Under the pieces are notes generated by a model. The model was not told the DNA's origin. It searched no databases and saw only the letters and a program-made list of their open reading frames with translations. DNA of 64,000 bases, taken from the NCBI GenBank assembly GCA_017935265.1, contig JAGBHX010000062.1, positions 306-64,305 on the forward strand. Direction: 5' to 3'. Shown in pieces: positions 37,902-44,688 of this stretch (position 1 is the first letter of the stretch; the number at the start of each line of letters is the position of its first letter). The stretch comes from Clostridia bacterium. Its GTDB lineage: Bacteria > Bacillota > Clostridia > Oscillospirales > Acutalibacteraceae. The translations under genes were made by a program, and so were the position numbers.

Positions 37902-38144
37902 ATGTCAACACCGAGAATGAGAACAGCGCCTGAGGCTGTGGCAGAGCTTAAAGCCCTTGACCCCAACAGCGCGTTGAGTGTGCGAGCAGTGCGACAAATG
38001 ATAAACAGCGGTATTTTGCCTGCTGTTACGGTAGGTAATAAAAAGCTGATTAACCTCAACATTCTGCTTGAATATCTCAACGGCGAACGAGAGCTGACCC
38101 CCACAAGCTCGCCAGAATACGGCAAGATAAGGCGAATCGGTTAG
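37902..38144 (+). CDS. Excisionase/MerR-like small DNA-binding protein
   Basis: ATG 37902 lies 1 nt after the preceding stop. 80 aa with LSVRAVRQMINSGILPAVTVGNKKLI (HTH_17-like). Confidence 0.65.
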   Translation: MSTPRMRTAPEAVAELKALDPNSALSVRAVRQMINSGILPAVTVGNKKLINLNILLEYLNGERELTPTSSPEYGKIRRIG

Positions 38145-38157
38145 GGGGTGAATATCA

Positions 38158-38478
38158 TTGAGCAAGACAAATTGTGATGAAAGCATTTACAAGAGCGTTC
38201 TTTCCTGTTTCAGGTATGGTCGAGCTAATGCCATACATCAAAAGCAGTTGCAAAAATTGACAAGCCTCGATTCCCGACAGCTCAGGAAAATAATTGAACT
38301 AATACGGCGCAACGGTGTTTGTGTAGTATCTGATAACAAAGGGTATTATCTACCCGAAACGCGCGAAGAGCTTGAACAATACATAAGGCGCACTGAAAAA
38401 ATGGCGCGCAGTATATTCTTTACCCTGCAGACAGCAAAGAAAGCTTTGAAAAGCATTGATGAAAACTCCGACAAATAG
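38158..38478 (+). CDS. Hypothetical winged-helix-like protein
   Basis: 106-aa ORF (TTG start), QLQKLTSLDSRQLRKIIELIRRNGVCVVSD suggests a wHTH. Confidence 0.55.
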   Translation: MSKTNCDESIYKSVLSCFRYGRANAIHQKQLQKLTSLDSRQLRKIIELIRRNGVCVVSDNKGYYLPETREELEQYIRRTEKMARSIFFTLQTAKKALKSIDENSDK

Positions 38479-38601
38479 CACAGAACACAGATAAAAGGCA
38501 CAAAGTAACCCTTGCTTTGTGCCTTGAAAACTCAAAGCCCCTTGCGGCTTTTGGGGCTTGCATAGATAACTTAACTTTACGACGAAAGGAGCGCAGGCAA
38601 T

Positions 38602-39372
38602 GTGAGAGTTCACATAAGAGAGAAAATATATATCTGCGGTGACTTTATGCACGTTGACGCGTTCCCGGTATTCGCACCCTCAGGCAACAGAAGAAAGCGA
38701 AGATTTAAACCCACAAGCGAAACACAGAAGCTTTTAAACGATAAATACGCATTAAAGCACCTCGAAATGTTGCTTGAAACAAACTTCGACGATAACGATT
38801 ATCATATCAGATTGTCATACAACGACAAAAAACAACCAACATCAGACGAGCTTGCTATAAAAAACATATCAAACTACATCAGACGTTTAAAATATAAGTG
38901 TAACAAGCTCGGTTATTCTGCGCCTGTTGCCGTGTGGTGCACCGAAAAAGGCAAGAAGTACGGAAGATACCACCACCATTTAATTATAAAATGCGAGCTT
39001 GCTCGTGATGAAATAGAGCGAATGTGGGGCAAAGGTTATGCAAACTCACGCCGCCTGCAGTTCAATGAAAACGGCTTGACGGGACTATCGAAGTATTTAC
39101 CCAAACACCCGATAGGCGCACAGCGTTGGCACTCCACAAGAAACCTCAAAAAGCCTATTGTTCGTGAAAATGACAATATGAGCAAAAAGCAGTTTGAGCA
39201 GTTGTTTGACAGCCACGCAACTTATGATGTGTTTAATGCCCGGTACAAAGGTTATTTTGTCAGCCAGGTTGAAGCAAAATACAACGAAGTAACAGGCAAT
39301 AAATATCTGAGCTTCAAAATGTACCGCGCCGATTCTAAGTACGTCAATAAAACAATGCGCTTTATAGCTTAA
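38602..39372 (+). CDS. HUH-superfamily rolling-circle replication initiator / relaxase-like protein
   Basis: Motif 1 YHIRLSY, motif 2 RYHHHLII (HUH), motif 3 GLSKYLPKH (YxxK). GTG 38602 lies 10 nt after AAGGAG. Confidence 0.75.
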   Translation: MRVHIREKIYICGDFMHVDAFPVFAPSGNRRKRRFKPTSETQKLLNDKYALKHLEMLLETNFDDNDYHIRLSYNDKKQPTSDELAIKNISNYIRRLKYKCNKLGYSAPVAVWCTEKGKKYGRYHHHLIIKCELARDEIERMWGKGYANSRRLQFNENGLTGLSKYLPKHPIGAQRWHSTRNLKKPIVRENDNMSKKQFEQLFDSHATYDVFNARYKGYFVSQVEAKYNEVTGNKYLSFKMYRADSKYVNKTMRFIA

Positions 39373-39621
39373 ATTCCCAAGCGCTTGCGAATGTTGAGCA
39401 AATTTAACACGAGCTTGTAAGAGCGTTTTCAGAAATGTTCAGAAAACTCAAAAATATTTATGCTTCAAAGCCCCGAAAAACCTTGAAAAATCAACGAAAA
39501 CAAGCTCGTTTGATGTTTTTTAACTGAACATATAGAAAAAGACAGCCGACAAACAGCCGACCGCCTCAAAGTGGAGTATTAAATAGCAATGATATTTTAC
39601 AATGGGGTGAATGTTTTGTCA

Positions 39622-40404
39622 ATGAGTAATGAAGAGCTTGCAATCCGCATTAAAAACGGCTCAGCCGAGCTTGTGGGCGAATTATGGGAAAACACAAGTA
39701 AAATCCTTTACAAGCTCGCAAATGCTTATTATAGCCGCCTGCAGGCTGATTTTACGCGTTGCGGAGTAACGAGAGAAGATTTATACCAAGAGAGCTATAT
39801 TGCCTTTGTGGGTATGCTACAGGCTTTTGACGAAGAAAAAGGCTATAAGTTCATCACTTATGCTGAACTGCAGTTAAAAAACCGTGTAAATGAGCTTTTA
39901 GGCAAAAGAACAGGGGAAAATAACAAGCCTTTGGATAATGCAAGCTCGCTTGATGACGAGCTGAAAGGCTTTGAGGGTGAAGAACTGACCCTGCTTGACA
40001 CTATCCCTGATGAAACGGCACAGCAAAGCTACAAGGATATTGAGGCTGAAATATTCAACACAGAGCTTCACAATGCCCTTGAATCAGTAATGTCAAAGTA
40101 TCTTAATGCAGAGCAAAAAACAGTTATAAAGGCGCGTTTTTACGATAATTTAACTTTAAAACAAACAGGCGAGCTTGTGGGAGCAAACGAAAACAGAGCC
40201 GTTAAGGTAGAGCGTGACGGCCTGCGCACCTTGCAATGGCATAAAAGAGAGCTGAGCGCCTTTGCAGAGCATTATATAACAGATTTTGCATATCATTTTA
40301 CATCACAAGGCAGTTTCAAAAGCAAGCTCGGTAGTTCTCAGGAGCTTATTATAGAACGGCTCGATTTAAAAGAACGTGCCCGGCACAAAATGGCACAGTT
40401 TTAG
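39622..40404 (+). CDS. Sigma-70 family RNA polymerase sigma factor (element-encoded)
   Basis: Region 2-like EDLYQESYIAFV..L..FD...GYKF.TYA; region 4 HTH LTLKQTGELVGANENRAVKVERDGLRTL. The start is ambiguous (ORF opens at 39589). Confidence 0.75.
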   Translation: MSNEELAIRIKNGSAELVGELWENTSKILYKLANAYYSRLQADFTRCGVTREDLYQESYIAFVGMLQAFDEEKGYKFITYAELQLKNRVNELLGKRTGENNKPLDNASSLDDELKGFEGEELTLLDTIPDETAQQSYKDIEAEIFNTELHNALESVMSKYLNAEQKTVIKARFYDNLTLKQTGELVGANENRAVKVERDGLRTLQWHKRELSAFAEHYITDFAYHFTSQGSFKSKLGSSQELIIERLDLKERARHKMAQF

Positions 40405-40625
40405 CGTGTACCACTCTTAAAAAGTGTTGATAGTACAAGGAAAACACCGATTTTAAAAAAATGAGTGTGCCACAATAAAAAACAGCAAAATTCCAAGCGT
40501 TTGTGAATATTAAATAATACACGAGCTTGCTATAAAACCTGATAAAACCTGACACCCTCGCGCGCACGCGCGCGAAGCTCTGCACTGCACCGAAACAAAG
40601 AAAAGCCCCGAAACGGAGCTTTTAA

Positions 40626-40790
40626 TCAGTCTTTGGTTATTATAACATCACCGCTTGCAGTTATGCAAACACTCCCTGTATCGTCAAATTCGTTTGCAGG
40701 GTCGAGGAATGACAGCTCAGACGTGAGCCGTTCAACGCATTTACGGCTCAGAGGTTCGGCTGTGGGTCTGATAACGGTTGTTTGTGGCAT
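40626..40790 (-). CDS. Unannotated 54-aa ORF coupled to the upstream 90-aa ORF
   Basis: ATG 40790 lies 6 nt after the stop of the 90-aa ORF, preceded by AAGGAAG. Followed by terminator AGCTCCG-TTT-CGGGGCT plus T-run. Translation MPQTTVIRPTAEPLSRKCVERLTSELSFLDPANEFDDTGSVCITASGDVIITKD. Confidence 0.5.
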   Translation of the reverse strand: MPQTTVIRPTAEPLSRKCVERLTSELSFLDPANEFDDTGSVCITASGDVIITKD

Positions 40791-40796
40791 TATGTT

Positions 40797-41069
40797 TCAC
40801 TTCCTTGATGCAGTTCCGTACACTTCGGTGTCAATGGTATCTATAATATCACTCAGAACTAAAAACGCACTATTAAGCAATGATATGGTAATACTGTTCC
40901 TATTTAAAGCAAACTGCAGTTCACTAAGTTGTACCAAATCTTTATAGTGCACTTTGTTGGGTAACTTTTCAATCTCTTCTAAGCCAACCTGAAAAAGGTC
41001 TTTTGCTCGGCTCAGCTCAATGCTCAATTCTTCTAATTCAATGGGTGTTTTTACAATGGTATTCGTCAT
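40797..41069 (-). CDS. Hypothetical 90-aa helical protein
   Basis: ORF with RBS AAGGAAAGGA upstream on the minus strand; no recognisable motif. Confidence 0.55.
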   Translation of the reverse strand: MTNTIVKTPIELEELSIELSRAKDLFQVGLEEIEKLPNKVHYKDLVQLSELQFALNRNSITISLLNSAFLVLSDIIDTIDTEVYGTASRK

Positions 41070-41110
41070 TAAAATCGTTCCTTTCCTTAGTTTGCAAGGA
41101 TATTATATCA

Positions 41111-41191
41111 CTATTGATAGCAATATACAATTGACAAAAGCACTGAATATTTATAACGATATTTGTGCAATTTGTATATTGCTATCAATAG
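41111..41191. promoter_or_regulatory. Divergent promoter/operator region bracketed by a perfect 20-bp inverted repeat
   Basis: CTATTGATAGCAATATACAA (41111-41130) and its exact reverse complement (41172-41191). An extended -10 TGCTATAAT at 41200-41208 lies just downstream. Confidence 0.7.
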
Positions 41192-41265
41192 ACTAAATGT
41201 GCTATAATGTGTATGCTGGGAAAAGTATAAACTTTGAATTTGCGCCCAACAGTTAAGGTGATAAA

Positions 41266-41475
41266 ATGACAGACAAAAAAAGAGGATATTCACAAGCTCA
41301 AAACAAGGCAACACAAAAATATATTAAAAACAATTATGACAGTGTGATGATTCGATTACCCAAAGGCAAAAAAGAAGCGATAAAGAACCACGCAGAAAGT
41401 CAGGGTGAGAGCCTGAACGGCTTCATCAACCGCGCCATAGACGAAACAATGCAGCGAGATAAAGAGAATAGTTAA
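41266..41475 (+). CDS. Ribbon-helix-helix (Arc/CopG-like) DNA-binding protein
   Basis: 69 aa, IRLPKGKKEAIKNHAESQGESLNGFINRAIDE, typical of an RHH beta-strand plus two helices. Confidence 0.7.
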   Translation: MTDKKRGYSQAQNKATQKYIKNNYDSVMIRLPKGKKEAIKNHAESQGESLNGFINRAIDETMQRDKENS

Positions 41476-41500
41476 ATAAGAGAAAGGGATTGACAAGGAT

Positions 41501-41728
41501 ATGAAAGGAAGAAGACCGGCATATTTCAGAGCTTCCAAACTTGAAGATTTTGGCGATATAATGACACCGCAAGACGTTGCGTTGTATCTGAAAGTTACTG
41601 ATAATTGCGTAACTACTCATATTCGCAAAGGTGATTTAAAGGGATTTAAGGTTGGAAATAATTGGCGAATTAAAAAGATTGATTTAATTGAGTTTATTAA
41701 AGCAAACGAAAACAAATGCAGTTTATAG
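41501..41728 (+). CDS. Excisionase-family helix-turn-helix protein
   Basis: MTPQDVALYLKVTDNCVTTHIRKGDLKGFKVGNNWRIKKIDLIEFI matches the HTH_17/Xis pattern. Confidence 0.7.
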   Translation: MKGRRPAYFRASKLEDFGDIMTPQDVALYLKVTDNCVTTHIRKGDLKGFKVGNNWRIKKIDLIEFIKANENKCSL

Positions 41729-41822
41729 TTGCATAAAGTGTCGTAACTCTTCATAAACTGTCATATTGTTTCATAAATTAACGTAAATGTATATAAATTA
41801 ACATAAATTTATATAAAAATGA

Positions 41823-41925
41823 TTGACATTTTGAGATTTTTCGCATACAATAATTGTGACAGAGCCTCTCACGCTTAGGCGCACTTAGGTGCGAACTGCG
41901 GACCAGGAGAGGACTTTTTATTTTA
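41823..41925 (+). promoter_or_regulatory. Promoter plus structured leader/terminator-like hairpin upstream of the Abi gene
   Basis: TTGACA (41823) - 17 nt - TACAAT (41846). Then CCTCTC (41865-41870) ... GAGAGG (41907-41912) enclosing CGCAC/GTGCG, followed by ACTTTTTATTTTA immediately before the RBS. Confidence 0.6.
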
Positions 41926-41937
41926 TAGGTGATTAAA

Positions 41938-42804
41938 ATGGCAGACGTTAAAGAATTTTTAACTTATGAAGAACAGCTCGAACATTTGAAAGGGGCAGGG
42001 CTACACATAGAGAACGACGATGTCGCAAAATATATATTATCAAAAGTGAATTATTATCGTTTGATAAATGCCTACTCGCTTGGCTTGTATGCCGAAAGAG
42101 AACCTCACGACAAGTATAAACCAGGTATAACATTTTATCAAATATACGACCTCTACAAGTTTGATTTATCATTGAGGCACATAATGTCAGAGCTCCTTGA
42201 AGAATTTGAGATACTATTTAGAACGAAGCTTGCATATTATATAGGCGAAAAATACGGACCCTTAGGATATTTAGATTCTTTGATTTTCAAAAATGAAGAG
42301 TATCACAATTCTTTTATAGAGGATTTGAACCGCGAAAAAGTTAGACAAAAAAATTCACCTATAATCAAACATCACAATGCACATTATGACGGGAATTTGC
42401 CAATATGGGTGCTTGTAGAGGTTGTTTCATTTGGCGTAATTTCAAAGCTTTATAGTAATATGAAGTTGGAAGACCAAAAGAACATAGCAAAAGAAATAGG
42501 ATTAAAACCCAAGTATCTTAAAAGTTGGTTGCGTTCTTTTGTTGAGATTAGAAATGTGTGCGCTCATTACGGTAGATTATACAATAAGATACTAATATCA
42601 CCTCCGCAGTTGTATAACGATGTTGATTTTGATAACACAAGGATATTTGCAGTGTTGTATGTGTTAAAACGATTTGCCAGCGAAAGGCTATGGACAACAC
42701 AATTAGTTGACCTTAAATTAGCTATTACTGAGCATAAATCTATCGAACTTAGCAAAATAGGATTTCCTGAAAACTGGGAAAAGCTCTTAGGATTTCCAAT
42801 ATAA
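41938..42804 (+). CDS. Abi_2 family (AbiD/AbiF-like) abortive-infection protein
   Basis: YEEQLEHLK, NYYRLINAYS, P.W...E..SFG..SKLY, and VEIRNVCAHYGRLYN motifs typical of the Abi-like (Pfam Abi_2) family. ATG 41938 follows AGGTGA. Confidence 0.8.
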   Translation: MADVKEFLTYEEQLEHLKGAGLHIENDDVAKYILSKVNYYRLINAYSLGLYAEREPHDKYKPGITFYQIYDLYKFDLSLRHIMSELLEEFEILFRTKLAYYIGEKYGPLGYLDSLIFKNEEYHNSFIEDLNREKVRQKNSPIIKHHNAHYDGNLPIWVLVEVVSFGVISKLYSNMKLEDQKNIAKEIGLKPKYLKSWLRSFVEIRNVCAHYGRLYNKILISPPQLYNDVDFDNTRIFAVLYVLKRFASERLWTTQLVDLKLAITEHKSIELSKIGFPENWEKLLGFPI

Positions 42805-42993
42805 AATAAAGTTATAACGACTGAAACCGCCTTGAGCAATCGGGGCGGTTGTTTTTATATAACAGACGAGCTTGCTATATATTCCCCCCTACCTGCGAGG
42901 GTGAAAAAAAGAGCTTAAATCTCCACCCACAGCCCACCTACATTCACACCGAACCACGCGCGCGTAGATTTTTTGGAAAAAAGCAAGCTCGAT

Positions 42994-43035
42994 TTTGGTC
43001 TTTATTTGGTCTTTATCGCGGTGATTTGGTCTTTA
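42994..43035 (+). repeat. Three TTTGGTCTTTA direct repeats (candidate arm-type sites, attR arm)
   Basis: Exact 11-mers at 42994, 43005 and 43025. Confidence 0.7.
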
Positions 43036-43131
43036 CTTTCGTGAAACGATATGAAATGAGCGTGTGCAGAAAATGGCTTAAAATCAACGAAAATGCAAGC
43101 TCGTGAAAAGTTATGAAACGAAAATTTTAAA

Positions 43132-43177
43132 GCTACGAACCAAAAGGTCAGGGGTTCGAATCCCTTGCAGCGCGCCA
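43132..43177 (+). repeat. attR core (46-bp partial tRNA-Arg copy)
   Basis: Identical to 35270-35315; lacks the tRNA 5' half. Confidence 0.9.
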
Positions 43178-43179
43178 AG

Positions 43180-43217
43180 AACAGCACATCCGCATTTGCG
43201 TGTGTGCTGTTTTTTTG
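43180..43217 (+). terminator. Displaced ancestral terminator of tRNA-Arg
   Basis: AACAGCACA ... TGTGCTGTT stem followed by T-run, directly after the attR tRNA fragment. Confidence 0.7.
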
Positions 43218-43244
43218 TGTTCGGGGATTCGAACCCCGAAAAAT

Positions 43245-43276
43245 AAGAACCGCACAGCTGTGCGGTTCTTCATTTT
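43245..43276. terminator. Bidirectional terminator
   Basis: AAGAACCGCACAGCTGTGCGGTTCTT palindromic hairpin with flanking A/T runs, downstream of the minus-strand MATE gene. Confidence 0.8.
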
Positions 43277-43278
43277 TG

Positions 43279-44637
43279 TTAAGTTTCTGTTTCTAAATTT
43301 CTGATTATTGTTTTATAAAGGTGAACAAAGAATATTCCTGCAACCGCAACAGACATAACCTCAGCAATGGGGAAAGACCACCACACGTTGTCAAGCACAC
43401 CTGTTTTTGCAAGGAGATATGCCGCGGGAATAAGCACCACAAGCTGACGGGCAATGGAAACAAACATTGAAAACAGTCCTTTGCCGAAAGCCTGAAAAAC
43501 AGAAATAATCACAACTGAAAATCCTGCGGCAAGGTAGCTGATGCTGATTGTTCTCAGGGCTACAACACCGATTTTGGTCATTTCCTCGCTTGCGTTGAAA
43601 ATTGAAAGCAAAACATCGGGAATCAACTGCATCATAGCAAAGCCAATGAGCATAAATGTGCAGGCAAAGCAGAGAGATGTTTTGATTGCTTTGGTAACTC
43701 TCTTTTTGTTTTTGGCGCCGTAGTTATATGCAATAATGGGAATGACACCGTTGTTAAGGCCGAACACAGGCATAAAGATAAAGCTCTGAAGCTTGAAATA
43801 AACTCCGAAAACAGCCGCCGCAGTTTCTGTGAAGGCAATTACGATTTTGTTCATTGAAAAAGTCATAATTGAGCCGACGGCAACCATAATAATTGACGGA
43901 ACACCGATTGAATAAATCTTTCCGATAATATGAAAATCCGGCTTGAAGCCCCCGGGGGAAAGCTGAATGTCGGGGTTTTTCTTTTGATTGAGAATAATGG
44001 CAATTATTGCCGCAATTATTTGACCGAGAACCGTTGCAACGGCGGCACCTTTCGCACCCATTGCAGGAACACCGAAATATCCGAAAATAAAAATCGGGTC
44101 AAGAATGATGTTGGCAACCGCGCCTATGCCCTGAGTAATCATTGTGTAGAAGGTTCTGCCCGTAGACTGCATCAGGCGTTCAAAAATAATCTGCAAAAAT
44201 ACGCCGAACGAAAAACAGCAGCAAACCTGAAGATATTCAACGCCCTGAGCGATAATTACAGGGTTGTCGGTCTGAGCTTTGAAGAAAATTTCAGTTCCGA
44301 AAAGACCGAATACAAGAAAAATCAAAAAGCCGAAAACCGCAAGCAAAACTCCGTTTGCCGCAATTGAATTGGCTCGCTTATAATTCTTTTCGCCAAGGCT
44401 TTTTGAAAGCAGAGCGTTAACACCAACCGCAGTTCCCGTTGCAACACCTATCATCAGGTTCTGCGCAGGGAAGGCCAGCGAAACCGCTGTGAGCGCTTCT
44501 TCACTCACTCGGGAAACAAACATACTGTCAACAACGTTGTAAAGAGCCTGAACAAGCATTGACGCCATCATAGGCAAGGACATTGTTGTAACAAGCTTGG
44601 GTATGGGCATATACCCCATTTTATTTTCCTTATCCAT
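43279..44637 (-). CDS. MATE family efflux transporter
   Basis: 452 aa, 12-TM profile, P.L...M..P.M.S.L.QALYN.VDS.FV motif. Confidence 0.85.
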   Translation of the reverse strand: MDKENKMGYMPIPKLVTTMSLPMMASMLVQALYNVVDSMFVSRVSEEALTAVSLAFPAQNLMIGVATGTAVGVNALLSKSLGEKNYKRANSIAANGVLLAVFGFLIFLVFGLFGTEIFFKAQTDNPVIIAQGVEYLQVCCCFSFGVFLQIIFERLMQSTGRTFYTMITQGIGAVANIILDPIFIFGYFGVPAMGAKGAAVATVLGQIIAAIIAIILNQKKNPDIQLSPGGFKPDFHIIGKIYSIGVPSIIMVAVGSIMTFSMNKIVIAFTETAAAVFGVYFKLQSFIFMPVFGLNNGVIPIIAYNYGAKNKKRVTKAIKTSLCFACTFMLIGFAMMQLIPDVLLSIFNASEEMTKIGVVALRTISISYLAAGFSVVIISVFQAFGKGLFSMFVSIARQLVVLIPAAYLLAKTGVLDNVWWSFPIAEVMSVAVAGIFFVHLYKTIIRNLETET

Positions 44638-44688
44638 ATTATCACATCCCTACAAAACAATGTGCACACTTTAGGGTGTGCACAAATT

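Larger units (their letters stand above)
35270..43177. mobile_element. 7.86-kb integrative (mobilizable or satellite-like) element inserted in tRNA-Arg(ACG)
   Basis: Perfect 46-bp direct repeats (35270-35315 and 43132-43177) equal to the tRNA 3' half. Tyrosine integrase next to attL. Repressor/Cro/Xis-like genes, HUH Rep, sigma factor and Abi_2 cargo. Visibly more AT-rich than the flanks. Confidence 0.9.

Noticed and set aside
39437-39529. Very basic 30-aa ORF (MFRKLKNIYASKPRKTLKNQRKQARLMFFN) between the rep and sigma genes.
   Set aside because: It has no RBS and overlaps repeat module B, and its composition reflects A-rich intergenic DNA. There is insufficient support for a gene.
43219-43240. 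GTTCGGGGATTCGAACCCCGAA hairpin that looks like a tRNA T-arm (TTCGAAT loop on the minus strand) just outside attR.
   Set aside because: No acceptor, D or anticodon arms can be built around it on either strand. It is at most a decayed tRNA fragment or an accidental hairpin, and too little to call a pseudogene.
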